Shown one piece after another: positions 13,455 to 22,441 of a DNA stretch of 24,000 nucleotides. The position numbers were made by a program, and so were the translations under genes. The DNA comes from Nesterenkonia alba DSM 19423 (GTDB lineage Bacteria > Actinomycetota > Actinomycetes > Actinomycetales > Micrococcaceae). The stretch is taken from assembly GCF_000421745.1 (NCBI RefSeq), contig NZ_ATXP01000001.1:324708-348707 (forward strand), in the 5' to 3' direction. Position 1 is the first letter of the stretch. The number at the start of each line of letters is the position of its first letter. The notes beneath the pieces are model-generated. The model worked only from the letters and a program-made list of their open reading frames with translations. It was not told where the DNA came from and did not search any database.

Positions 13455-16328
13455 TCAGGACTGCTGGGCACGCCGCTGGGCCAACAGCTCCGCCAAGTGC
13501 ATGGCCCGCACCCCGGCAAGATCGTCGAGCTGAACCTTGCAGCTCATCCCATCGGCCAGCACCACCGCCTCCGGGTTCTGCCGTACCGCCGGCATGAGGT
13601 GGGTCTCCGCCACCGCCACCGAGACCTCATAGTGCCCGGCCTCCACACCGAAGTTCCCCGCCAGGCCACAACACCCAGAGACCTTGGTCACCGTGGCACC
13701 AGCCTGCCGCAGCAGAGCTTCATCCACCTCCCAGCCGACGATCGAAGCCTGGTGGCAGTGTGGCTGAGCGACGACGTCGACCCCACTAAGATCCGGCAGG
13801 CCCACCCGCCCCTCATCAACGAGCCGGTTGACCAACTCGGCAAAGCTGAGCACCCCATCCGCCACAGTCCGGGCCTCAGGTTTGGCGGACAATTCCACGG
13901 CATCTGAACGTAATGTGGCCAGACAGCTCGGCTCCACGGCAATGACCGGGGTGCCGGATTCCACATACTCCGCGAGAGTGGTGACCGTAGAATCCATCAA
14001 AGCCCTCGCCTGATCCAGCTGCCCGGTGGTAATCCACGGCAACCCACAACAGCCCGGGCGGTCGATCACCCGAACATCGAGGCCCTGGTCGCGTAGGAAC
14101 TGCAGTGCAGCGGTCCCTGACCCAGGGAAGAAATGATTGGTGAACGAATCCGCCCACACCCACACATCCGGCTGATCGGGCAACTGGCCGGTGACTCCCT
14201 CACGCCGGGCCGTGCGTGTCAAGGTGCGATGGGCGAACCGTGGCACCCCGCGGCGCTGATCGATGCCGGCCACCCACTTCGCCACAGCCGCCACCGGCGG
14301 CAGTTTCATCGACAGGTTCGCCACCGGTGCAAACGGGGCGGCGAGCTTCGCCCAGAACGGCAGCCGCCCCAGAATGTAGTGACTGCGTGGTCTCAGACGC
14401 TTGGCAGGCCGGCCCTCAGCGTCACGGTCGTAGGTCTGGTGCAGGGCCTCGGCCTTATAGGTGGCCATATCGACCCCGGCCGGGCAATCGCTGGCACAGC
14501 CCTTGCACGCCAAACAGAGATCAAGAGCCTCATGGACAGCCGGGTCAGCCAGTCCCTTCACCAGGGTGCCGTCCATCGCCTCCTGCAGGATGCGCCCGCG
14601 CCCACGGGTGGAGTCTTTCTCATCCTTGGTGGCCAGGTAACTGGGGCACATCACGCCATTGGTCTTCGGTGCCACACAACGGCCCACTCCTGAACAGCGA
14701 TGCACGGCGGCCCCGAAGTCGCCGTCGTCGTGGGTCATGCGCAACCCCGGAAACGGCAGGTCATGTTTGGGCTGGGTGGGGCGGATGTTCTCGGTGATCG
14801 GTACCGGTTCGGCGATGATGCCCGGGTTGAGCAGGTTCTGCGGGTCGCAGATCCGTTTGACCTCGTTGAACAGCGCGATGGAGGTCTCGTCATACATGGT
14901 GGGCAGCAGCTCGGACCGCACCCGCCCGTCCCCGTGCTCCCCGGAGAGCGATCCGCCGTAACGGGTCAACCGGTCCGCGCAGGCAAGCATGAACTCACGG
15001 AAAACCCCCGTGGAGCTCGGGTCCCCATGCTGGAAGGGGAAATCGATCCGGCAGTGGATACACCCATCGCCGAAGTGCCCGTAGGGGTAACCCTGCAGCC
15101 CGTAGTCGCGCATCAAAGACTCGAACTCACGCATCCAGTCACCCAAGTGCTCTGGAGGGACGGCCGCGTCCTCCCAGCCGGAGTGGGCCGGAGTGGGCAG
15201 ACTGATCCCGGCCAGACCGGCACCGTCCTCGCGGATCTTCCACAGGGCGGCGGCCTCGGCGGGGTCTTCGATGAGTCGGGTACCCACCGGTTGCCCAGCG
15301 GTCTTGACGGCGTCGAGCACCCCAGGGGCGTCTTCTCCCGCGGCTTCTACAAACAGCCAGGACTCACCCTCCGGCAGGGGCGGTACGCGCTTACCGGCCC
15401 CGCGGACCAGGGCCACCAGTCGGGAATCCATCCCCTCACAGGCGATGAGCCGACCCCCACCGGCGTCCAGAATGCGCGGGACCGCATCGGCGGCTTCAGC
15501 GACCTCCCGATACCCCAACACCAGCAGACGCCGACCGGGTTCATCAGCCACCAGGTTGACCTCCGCCTCGAGCAATATCCCCAAGGTGCCCTCCGTGCCG
15601 GCGAGGAAGCGTTCGATGCGCCCGCGATTCTCCGGCAGCAGGTGTTCCAGGCTGTAACCGGAGATCTGCCGGCCGAACCGGCCGAAGCTGGTGCGAATAT
15701 GCGCCAAATGGTTCTGCGCCACGCTGAGCAGCTGGTCAGCGGTCGACGACGACCCGGTCACCTCACCATGGCGGATCGTGGCCTCATCACCGGTGCCGAA
15801 GAGCACGCGCACTGCCTCGACATTATCGGAGGTGCGCCCGTAGCCCAGAGCCCGGGAGCCGCAGGCATTGTTGCCGATCATCCCGCCGATAGTGCACCGG
15901 GAGTGCGTCGAAGGATCGGGCCCAAACCGCAGTCCGTGCGGGGCAGCGGCGCGCTGCAGGTCAGCGTGGACCACACCGGGCTGGACCCGGGCGGTGGCGG
16001 ATTCTGGGTCAATGCTGACCACCCGGTTCAGATCCCGGGTATCGACCACAATGCCCGCCCCGACGGCATTCCCCGCAATGGAGGTTCCCGCCCCGCGCAT
16101 CGTCACCGGAACACCAAGCCGTTGAGCGGTCTGATGGATAGCGTAGAGCTCATCGACCTGCTGCGGTCGCGCGACGACCTCCGGCACCACGCGGTAGAGG
16201 GAGGCATCCGAGGAGTACATTCCACGGGCCAGAACGGAATCCTCCACCCGGGAAACCCCTGCTCGCCGCAGTTCCGCGGCGAGCTCGGCGGTACCAGCCT
16301 GATCTGGTGTGACAGTCGTGGTCGTCAT
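13455..16328 (-). CDS. FAD-binding and (Fe-S)-binding oxidoreductase (FAD-linked oxidase fused to 4Fe-4S/CCG domains; YdiJ / GlcD-GlcF fusion type)
   Basis: 957 aa. N-terminal FAD-binding PCMH-type region (VTMRGAGTSIAGNAVG), then Cys clusters (CSGVGRCV...MCPSY; CLACKGCASDCPAGV) and a C-terminal CCG-type region (CCGLPW...; GCCGLAGNFG). The only plausible start is ATG 16328. Confidence 0.9.
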   Translation of the reverse strand: MTTTTVTPDQAGTAELAAELRRAGVSRVEDSVLARGMYSSDASLYRVVPEVVARPQQVDELYAIHQTAQRLGVPVTMRGAGTSIAGNAVGAGIVVDTRDLNRVVSIDPESATARVQPGVVHADLQRAAAPHGLRFGPDPSTHSRCTIGGMIGNNACGSRALGYGRTSDNVEAVRVLFGTGDEATIRHGEVTGSSSTADQLLSVAQNHLAHIRTSFGRFGRQISGYSLEHLLPENRGRIERFLAGTEGTLGILLEAEVNLVADEPGRRLLVLGYREVAEAADAVPRILDAGGGRLIACEGMDSRLVALVRGAGKRVPPLPEGESWLFVEAAGEDAPGVLDAVKTAGQPVGTRLIEDPAEAAALWKIREDGAGLAGISLPTPAHSGWEDAAVPPEHLGDWMREFESLMRDYGLQGYPYGHFGDGCIHCRIDFPFQHGDPSSTGVFREFMLACADRLTRYGGSLSGEHGDGRVRSELLPTMYDETSIALFNEVKRICDPQNLLNPGIIAEPVPITENIRPTQPKHDLPFPGLRMTHDDGDFGAAVHRCSGVGRCVAPKTNGVMCPSYLATKDEKDSTRGRGRILQEAMDGTLVKGLADPAVHEALDLCLACKGCASDCPAGVDMATYKAEALHQTYDRDAEGRPAKRLRPRSHYILGRLPFWAKLAAPFAPVANLSMKLPPVAAVAKWVAGIDQRRGVPRFAHRTLTRTARREGVTGQLPDQPDVWVWADSFTNHFFPGSGTAALQFLRDQGLDVRVIDRPGCCGLPWITTGQLDQARALMDSTVTTLAEYVESGTPVIAVEPSCLATLRSDAVELSAKPEARTVADGVLSFAELVNRLVDEGRVGLPDLSGVDVVAQPHCHQASIVGWEVDEALLRQAGATVTKVSGCCGLAGNFGVEAGHYEVSVAVAETHLMPAVRQNPEAVVLADGMSCKVQLDDLAGVRAMHLAELLAQRRAQQS

Positions 16329-16342
16329 GTCACGAGGTTACG

Positions 16343-16418
16343 TGGAGCCACCTACCGGATTCGAACCGGTGACCTTTCCATTACGAGTGGAATGCTCTAC
16401 CAGCTGAGCTAAGGTGGC
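16343..16418 (-). tRNA. tRNA-Thr (anticodon CGT), CCA encoded
   Basis: The reverse complement folds with acceptor GCCACCT/AGGTGGC, D arm GCTC-AGCTGGTA-GAGC, anticodon arm TTCCA-CTCGTAA-TGGAA (CGT), T arm ACCGG-TTCGAAT-CCGGT, discriminator T, then CCA. Confidence 0.95.
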
Positions 16419-16453
16419 CGGCGCGCACACGACACGGGCGCGCGCGGAGAGAA

Positions 16454-16459
16454 AGTCTA
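16454..16459 (-). promoter_or_regulatory. -10-like TAGACT upstream of tRNA-Thr
   Basis: The minus strand reads GGGGTAGACTTTCTCTCC. The hexamer ends 35 nt upstream of the mature tRNA 5' end. The same GTAGACT heptamer precedes two CDSs in this window. Confidence 0.35.
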
Positions 16460-16502
16460 CCCCACGCGCGCCCGGCGATCTCACAGCGAACGCAACTGCT
16501 GC

Positions 16503-16537
16503 AGCTCTGGATGCAGAGCTTCCGGCGACGTCGCCGG
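16503..16537 (-). terminator. Two adjacent hairpins downstream of the universal stress protein gene
   Basis: CCGGCGACGTCGCCGG (16522-16537) is a perfect 16-bp palindrome starting 7 nt after the stop. AGCTCTG-GATG-CAGAGCT (16503-16520) is a 7-bp stem. Neither has a clear U-tract. Confidence 0.4.
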
Positions 16538-16543
16538 TTGCAG

Positions 16544-17551
16544 TCAGGTGCCGAAGTGCGGCTCGTCGCGCAGTCGCTCATCCTCCAGGCGGGGCACCAC
16601 CATCACCGGGCCATCGGCGGTCAACAGCACGCCCCGGGAGGTGGAGCCCAGCAGCACAGAGGCCAGCCCCCCGCGGCCGCGCGTTCCGACCACTGTCAAC
16701 TGGGAGAACGACGTCGCCGCGCTGAGTACCTCTGAGGACTCACCGGTCTCCACCGAGGTGAGAACCTCCACGTCGGGGAAGTGATTGCGCAGCCAGGCGC
16801 GCTCGGCGTCGAGCTTGGCTTCGAGTTCCTTACGGCGGGCTTCGACGTGAGCATCCTCCCGGGGACCCAGCTCCGGGTACCACAACAGCGCCCCGTCAAT
16901 CGGGGGCAGGGCGATGATCATGCGAAGGGTGACACCACGATCGGCTGCCGCCTGGGCGGCGTGCAGGGCGGCCACCCGGGAATGGCTGGAACCGTCGATA
17001 CCGACGGTGACAGGACGGTCGTCTTCGACGGGGGCGAAACTTCCCCCACCGCTGGCCTCGGGGTCATAGGCCCGGGGAACCACGACCGTGGGGCAGGTGG
17101 CATGCCCCGGTAGGGCCGAGGCGACGGAACCGAGCACCCGGCCGAGGAACCCGCCACGTCCGCGTCCGCCGACGACTGCCAGCTCAGCCGCCTGAGAGAG
17201 GTGAACCAGGACCCCGGCCGCATCGCCTTCTTCTAGGCGGTAGGTGACCTCGCCGGGGTAGTCCTTGAGGTAGGCGCGGGCCTTGTCGAGGATTTCCTCG
17301 CCGCCCTGGCGCTGCAGGGAATCGACGCTGACATCGGGAACCTGCTCGATGTAGCCGCTGATATACGGAGGCACGGTGAAGGCGTGAACCACGGTGAGGG
17401 TGGTGCCGCGCCGCTGGGCGGCACGAGCCGCGTAGTGCAAAGCCAAGGTTCCCTGCTCGGAGGCGTCGTAACCGACGATCACGCCGAGGTTGCGCTCCGT
17501 GGAGACGAAGGGAATGGGGCTGGTGTGGGTGTGGATTTCGTGGTTCTTCAA
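16544..17551 (-). CDS. Universal stress protein, tandem UspA domains
   Basis: Two USP repeats: VIVGYDASEQGTLALHYAARAA...VVGGRGRGGFLGRVLGSVASALPGHATCPTVVV, and VTVGIDGSSHSRVAALHAAQAA...VVGTRGRGGLASVLLGSTSRGVLLTADGPVMVV. TTG start has GAGGAGG 5 nt upstream. Confidence 0.85.
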   Translation of the reverse strand: MKNHEIHTHTSPIPFVSTERNLGVIVGYDASEQGTLALHYAARAAQRRGTTLTVVHAFTVPPYISGYIEQVPDVSVDSLQRQGGEEILDKARAYLKDYPGEVTYRLEEGDAAGVLVHLSQAAELAVVGGRGRGGFLGRVLGSVASALPGHATCPTVVVPRAYDPEASGGGSFAPVEDDRPVTVGIDGSSHSRVAALHAAQAAADRGVTLRMIIALPPIDGALLWYPELGPREDAHVEARRKELEAKLDAERAWLRNHFPDVEVLTSVETGESSEVLSAATSFSQLTVVGTRGRGGLASVLLGSTSRGVLLTADGPVMVVPRLEDERLRDEPHFGT

Positions 17552-17694
17552 CTCCGCCTCCTCATTGAGGGCTCAAAACATTCGTCAAGGTCGGCGGGAT
17601 CACCACGGGAAGAGGGCCCACCGCCTCAACAACTGTAGTATACATCACTCTTCTACACGATGTAGAAAATGAGCGGGGAGTCTCACAGTGGTCT

Positions 17695-19242
17695 TCAGCA
17701 GTCAGTGCGGCCCTCTGGGAGCTCACCACTGAGCAGGTACTCATCGACGACGTCGGTCACACAGGTATTGCCTGGACGGTAGGCGATATGCCCTTCGGCG
17801 TCGTCGACGATGAGCGCCGAGGCCGGTACCAGCTGGTGCATGCTCTCCGCCCATTGAACCGGTGTCGCGGGATCGCCAGTGGTGGCCAAGAACAGCATGG
17901 GTGGTAAGTCCTCATCCGGAGTCCAGGGCTCACCGACCGGCTCGTGCTCCCAGGCGTGACACAGCAACCCTTGGTGGCCCATATAGGGGCCGAAGGTCGG
18001 AGCTTCCTCACTGATCGCCTCGACTTCCTGTTCCATCTCTTCTGCGGAGTCAGGCCAGTCGTAGTCCAGGCACATCACCGCGTTGAAGGCCCAGGTGCTC
18101 ATCCACTCGTAGCTGCCGTCGGCCTCTTGCCCGGCCTGCAGATCCGCCCAGTACTGGAAGGGATAGAACTCACCGGTCTCGACGGCGGCTACGAGCGCCT
18201 CGTGGAGGTACTGCCAGCCATCGGGGCTGTACATCGGGGCAATAAACCCACTGATGAGACCGGAGACCGTCAGCACCCGCCCGTCCTGGACTGTGACCGG
18301 TTCCTCGGCAACATCGGCGAAGAGCTGTTGGACAACACCGACGACGTCGTCGGGCGTCTCCGCGATGCAGTTCGGCTGGTCGGTCACACACCATTGAGCG
18401 AATCCGGTCAACGCGCTTTCAAACCCGGCGGTTTGAGTCACTGCGAGTTCGTGGGCATCGAGGGAGACATCCATCATCGAATCGAGGACGAACCGGCCCA
18501 CCCGGTCGGGGAACTGCTCGGCGTAGGCCATCCCCAGTTTGGTGCCGTAGGAGAAGCCCACATAGTGCAGTTCGTCCTGGCCCAGGACGCCGCGGATAAT
18601 GTCCATATCCCGAGCTGCGGAAAAAGTGTCCACGTGGCCGAGCAGTTCCCCCGTCCGGTCGGCGCATTCGGCGGCGATCTCTTCGGCCTGCTGTTGTGCT
18701 TCAGTGGTGTCTTCACTCTCCGACTGGCGGTACTGGTCGTAGTCCTCATCCTCCAAGCACTCCACTCCGGAGGAGCGGTCTACCCCACGGGGATCGAAAC
18801 CGACGATGTTGAATTCCTCGGCGAGCTCATCGGTCACTGAACCGGAGAGCCGCTCGGCGACCAGACTGTACCCGGGCTCACCCGGTCCTCCAGGGTTGGT
18901 CAGCACATACTCGGCGCTCGGGTCGGTCCCATCGGCGATGACTGCCAAGGCGATAGTCTCTCCGGTGGGGTCGGTGTAGTCCACCGGTACGGTGATCTCG
19001 GTGCAGTGCATCCCGGCTTCGCAGTCTTCCCACTGCACATCCTGAGAGTAGAACTCCTCGAGCAGCTCGCGCTCGGGCTCCGGCACCACTGAGGGCCCCG
19101 GACGCTGAGGCTGCGTCAGCTCTGTGTCTTCCGTGGTACCCGGCTCTTCAGTAGGGTCCTCCCCGGCATCAGTGAGCCCACAACCGGTCAGCATCAGCAC
19201 TGCCGCGGCCAGCACGGCCCAGAATCCGGCGCGGCTATCCAT
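17695..19242 (-). CDS. Secreted alpha/beta hydrolase lipoprotein, TAP-like (tripeptidyl aminopeptidase / Hip1-CaeA type)
   Basis: Signal peptide with lipobox MLTGC-G. The nucleophile elbow is GFSYGT (GxSxG). The Cys-containing C-terminal region is typical of the TAP-like C-terminal domain. Its ATG overlaps the holB stop by 8 nt. Confidence 0.85.
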   Translation of the reverse strand: MDSRAGFWAVLAAAVLMLTGCGLTDAGEDPTEEPGTTEDTELTQPQRPGPSVVPEPERELLEEFYSQDVQWEDCEAGMHCTEITVPVDYTDPTGETIALAVIADGTDPSAEYVLTNPGGPGEPGYSLVAERLSGSVTDELAEEFNIVGFDPRGVDRSSGVECLEDEDYDQYRQSESEDTTEAQQQAEEIAAECADRTGELLGHVDTFSAARDMDIIRGVLGQDELHYVGFSYGTKLGMAYAEQFPDRVGRFVLDSMMDVSLDAHELAVTQTAGFESALTGFAQWCVTDQPNCIAETPDDVVGVVQQLFADVAEEPVTVQDGRVLTVSGLISGFIAPMYSPDGWQYLHEALVAAVETGEFYPFQYWADLQAGQEADGSYEWMSTWAFNAVMCLDYDWPDSAEEMEQEVEAISEEAPTFGPYMGHQGLLCHAWEHEPVGEPWTPDEDLPPMLFLATTGDPATPVQWAESMHQLVPASALIVDDAEGHIAYRPGNTCVTDVVDEYLLSGELPEGRTDC

Positions 19243-20452
19243 GGCTACTCCTGGTGGGCCGACCGTACCGGGGAGTACCGCCGCGAGGGATCAGCGATGC
19301 CATGAGTGCCTCCATGGCCAGTTTGGGTGGCACGTTCTGACCGATTCTCATCCGGGCGGCATTGATGGCATCCAGGCACCTCAGGGCCTGCTCGGCGCTG
19401 AGGTGCTCGGCCAGCTGCGTGAGCTCTCCGCGGAGGTGTTCGTTGATGAGCTCGACGCCGGCGGAGAGCTTCAGGCTCAACACGTCCCGGTAGACACCGG
19501 TGAGGTCAATGAGCGTGCGGTCTAAGGCATCGTGCACCGCGCGCTTGGTGCGACGTTCGCTTTCTTCTTCCAACCGTTTGAACTGGGCGCGCAGCTTGGC
19601 GGGAATCTTTTCCTCCGGGTCCAGGCCCAGGGTCCGGCGCAGTGCGGCGTGCTCCTCCGCCAGGCGGGCTTCGGACTCAGCTGCCGCGTCAGTCTGCGCC
19701 ATGGAGACCAGGTCCTCGGCGGCGAGCACCGCCTGGGAGGCAGAGCGGACCTTCAGCGGCAAGGAGACAACGTCATTACGCCGTCGCATGGCCTCCGGGT
19801 CCCGGGCCAATCGGCGGGCCACTCCGATATGGCTCTGCGAGATCCGTGCCGCGAAGGCGGCATCCTCCCGGTTCAGTCCGTCACGGTGGACCAACAGATC
19901 GGTCACCGCCGCGACCGGGGGGATCCGCAAGGTGACGTGCCGGCAGCGGGACCGGATGGTGACCAGCACATCGGCCGGAGAGGGTGCGCAGAGCACCCAG
20001 ATGGTCTGCGGTGGGGGCTCCTCGATGGCCTTGAGTAACACATTGGTGGTCCGCTCGGTCATGCGGTCGGCGTCTTCGACCACGATGACCCGCCACTGGG
20101 CGTTCTGCGGGCGGTCCTGTGCGGTGGTGACCAGCTCACGGACTTCTTTGATGTTGTAGGTGACGTTCTCGGTGGTGACCAACTGCACCGCCGGATGTGC
20201 TCCGGCGAGGATTTGTTCAGCCCGGCGGGCATCAGCCTGTGGGTCGGTGCCCTCCAGGTTCAGTGCGGCGGCAAAGGCTCGGGCCGCATTGGACCGTCCC
20301 GATCCGGGCGGACCGGTCAGCAGCCACGCGTGGGCAGGAGCCTGCGAACGGGCTGCGCTGACCAGCTGCTCCACCACCGGATCCTGACCAACCAGCTCGG
20401 CAAAGACTGTCTGTGGGGTCACACCAGACTGCTGGGACGTGTAGACCGTCAT
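19235..20452 (-). CDS. holB: DNA polymerase III subunit delta'
   Basis: AAA+ clamp-loader pattern: HAWLLTGPPGSGRSNAARAFAAAL (Walker A-like), VIVVEDADRMT, NVLLKAIEEPP and SRCRHVTL (SRC motif). Its ATG overlaps the tmk stop as ATGA. Confidence 0.9.
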   Translation of the reverse strand: MTVYTSQQSGVTPQTVFAELVGQDPVVEQLVSAARSQAPAHAWLLTGPPGSGRSNAARAFAAALNLEGTDPQADARRAEQILAGAHPAVQLVTTENVTYNIKEVRELVTTAQDRPQNAQWRVIVVEDADRMTERTTNVLLKAIEEPPPQTIWVLCAPSPADVLVTIRSRCRHVTLRIPPVAAVTDLLVHRDGLNREDAAFAARISQSHIGVARRLARDPEAMRRRNDVVSLPLKVRSASQAVLAAEDLVSMAQTDAAAESEARLAEEHAALRRTLGLDPEEKIPAKLRAQFKRLEEESERRTKRAVHDALDRTLIDLTGVYRDVLSLKLSAGVELINEHLRGELTQLAEHLSAEQALRCLDAINAARMRIGQNVPPKLAMEALMASLIPRGGTPRYGRPTRSSHG

Positions 20453-21189
20453 ACTGTCTGAACCCCCTGATCGAGGTCGAGCAGCTTGGCTAAGCGAGTG
20501 CGGATCCGTTGTTGGATGCTCTGTGCGTCCACGGCGGCATCAAGCACCAGGTAACGCTCCGGTGCGGCTTCTGCCCGGTCCAGGAACGCCTGACGCAGGC
20601 GGCTGTGGAACGCGTTGTCGGCGGATTCGATACGGTCCCCGACTGCCCCGCCATCCCGGTGGGCACGACGACGCCGGGAGATCTCCGGATCCACATCCAG
20701 CACCACGGTCAGGTCTGGGGTGAGGCCTTCGGTGGCCCACCGATTGATCTGGGCGACCTCCTCGATGCCGAGACCACGGCCAACCCCCTGGTATGCCAGT
20801 GAGGAATCGACGTACCGGTCACACAGCACCACCTCACCGCGGGATAACGCCGGACGGATGAGCTGCCTGACGTGAGCGGCCCGAGAAGCGGCAAACAGCA
20901 ACGCCTCGGTGCGCGGATCGACCTCCCCCTGGCCGTGGTCCAGCAGCAGTGGTCGGATGCGTTCACCGATAGCCGTACCACCGGGTTCCCGAGTGGTTAC
21001 CACGTGCCGGCCGCAAGCCTGCAGCCACTTGCGAAGCAGGCCGATCTGGGTGGTCTTTCCCGTGGCCTCCCCACCCTCAAGGGCGACGAACAGCCCGGTG
21101 TGCTCCTCGCTGTGCTCTGCGGCGTTGTTCACCTGCCCCAGACTACCGGCCACCGGTGAGACACCCGATGTCCTCATACTGGAAGCCAT
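20449..21189 (-). CDS. tmk: dTMP (thymidylate) kinase
   Basis: P-loop FVALEGGEATGKTTQ, then TREPGGT, DRYVDSSLAYQG and lid-region arginines. ORF 20449..21417 is trimmed because its first 76 codons overlap the divergent 21271 gene and show no Tmk similarity. Candidate starts are ATG 21189, ATG 21177 and GTG 21132. Confidence 0.85.
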   Translation of the reverse strand: MASSMRTSGVSPVAGSLGQVNNAAEHSEEHTGLFVALEGGEATGKTTQIGLLRKWLQACGRHVVTTREPGGTAIGERIRPLLLDHGQGEVDPRTEALLFAASRAAHVRQLIRPALSRGEVVLCDRYVDSSLAYQGVGRGLGIEEVAQINRWATEGLTPDLTVVLDVDPEISRRRRAHRDGGAVGDRIESADNAFHSRLRQAFLDRAEAAPERYLVLDAAVDAQSIQQRIRTRLAKLLDLDQGVQTV

Positions 21190-21270
21190 GACCGGTGAGG
21201 ACCGAGTGGTTGAGATCGCGGCGCTGCCTGACTGCAGTGCGCCCCGGTGGGCGCATAGGATGGTGCCATC

Positions 21271-21597
21271 ATGGCTTCTCTCGCTGCTGACCTGACGACG
21301 ATGACCACACTGTGGGCTTACGTCGACCTCACGGTATTCCTGCTCTACCGGCTCTTTGCGCTCATTTGTTTCGTCCTGGCGCTGGTGGCCTTCTTCAAGT
21401 GCCTGACGAAAAACCAAGAGCGTTTCATCGCCATGGACAAGCGCACCAAACAGTTCTGGCTTGGCATCACCGGTGGGGCCAGTGCCCTCGCTTTAGTGAG
21501 CATGCTCGGACTGGGCCCCTTTGTGCTGCTGATGTCCTCGGCCGCGGCCTGCATGGCTACCGTCTATCTCGTTGACGTCAACCCAGAAGTTTCCTAA
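21271..21597 (+). CDS. Small integral membrane protein (DUF2516-like)
   Basis: 108 aa with about 3 hydrophobic segments. The central motif FKCLTKNQERFIAMDKRTKQFW resembles the DUF2516 family as I recall it. Alternative start ATG 21301. It ends 24 nt before gpmA. Confidence 0.6.
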   Translation: MASLAADLTTMTTLWAYVDLTVFLLYRLFALICFVLALVAFFKCLTKNQERFIAMDKRTKQFWLGITGGASALALVSMLGLGPFVLLMSSAAACMATVYLVDVNPEVS

Positions 21598-21621
21598 GCG
21601 ACCACAGAAGGGACCGCCACT

Positions 21622-22365
21622 ATGGCCTATGACCTCATTCTGCTCCGGCACGGGCAGAGCGACTGGAACCAGAAGAACTTGTTCACCGGGTGGGTGGACG
21701 TCAAACTGACCGACCAAGGTCGAGCCGAAGCGGCCCGCGGCGGTGAGCTGCTCGCCGAGCACGAGTTACTGCCCGATATCGTCCACACCTCCCTGCTGCA
21801 GCGGGCCATCACCACCGCTCACCTGGCCCTGGAGACCGCCGACCGACTGTGGATCCCCGTCAAGCGCAGCTGGCGGCTCAACGAGCGGCACTACGGTGCC
21901 CTGCAGGGCAAGAACAAAGCGGAGATCCGTGAAGAATACGGTGAAGAACAGTTCATGACCTGGCGGCGTTCCTATGACACTCCGCCCCCGGAGATCGACG
22001 ACGCCGATCCGTACAGTCAGGCCGGTGACCCGCGCTATGCCGATGTGCAGAACCCGCCGAAGACCGAATGCCTCGCTGACGTCGTCGCACGCTTCCTGCC
22101 GTACTGGGAGGCCGAGGTCGTTCCCGACCTCAAGGCCGGTCAGACCGTACTCCTGGCCGCTCACGGTAACTCCCTACGCGCCCTGGTGAAGTACCTCGAC
22201 GGCATCGGCGATGAAGAGATTGCCGGGGTGAACATCCCCACCGGCATTCCGTTGCACTACCGACTGGATGAGAACCTCACACCCGTCACCCCCGGCGGGA
22301 CCTACCTGGACCCAGAGGCCGCCAAAGAAGCCATCGAGGCTGTGGCCAACCAAGGCAAGAAGTAG
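21622..22365 (+). CDS. gpmA: 2,3-bisphosphoglycerate-dependent phosphoglycerate mutase
   Basis: [26 protein letters not shown] (RHG catalytic His), [15 protein letters not shown] and [12 protein letters not shown]. The 247 aa length is typical of dPGM. Confidence 0.95.
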   Translation: MAYDLILLRHGQSDWNQKNLFTGWVDVKLTDQGRAEAARGGELLAEHELLPDIVHTSLLQRAITTAHLALETADRLWIPVKRSWRLNERHYGALQGKNKAEIREEYGEEQFMTWRRSYDTPPPEIDDADPYSQAGDPRYADVQNPPKTECLADVVARFLPYWEAEVVPDLKAGQTVLLAAHGNSLRALVKYLDGIGDEEIAGVNIPTGIPLHYRLDENLTPVTPGGTYLDPEAAKEAIEAVANQGKK

Positions 22366-22383
22366 CGCGGCACGGACAGCATC

Positions 22384-22429
22384 CTGAGGCCTGCGGAAAG
22401 GCCGGAGGAGCCCTTTCCGCAGGCCTCAG
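22384..22429. terminator. Bidirectional terminator hairpin between convergent gpmA and icd
   Basis: CTGAGGCCTGCGGAAAGG (22384-22401) pairs with CCTTTCCGCAGGCCTCAG (22412-22429): a perfect 18-bp stem with a 10-nt loop, placed between the two stop codons. Confidence 0.75.
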
Positions 22430-22441
22430 ACACCTAGCGAA

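Noticed and set aside
14700-16412. 570-aa ORF on the plus strand
   Set aside because: It is entirely antisense to the well-supported 957-aa FAD/Fe-S oxidoreductase and runs into tRNA-Thr. It is Arg/Gly/Pro-rich with no motifs, which is the usual long antisense ORF artefact of high-G+C DNA.
17944-18840. 298-aa plus-strand ORF opposite the TAP-like hydrolase
   Set aside because: It is a shadow ORF. The minus-strand frame has the lipobox, the GxSxG elbow and operon coupling to holB.
21190-21417. N-terminal 76-codon extension of the tmk ORF
   Set aside because: It has no Tmk similarity and overlaps the divergent DUF2516-like gene start (21271). The P-loop begins about 35 aa after ATG 21189.
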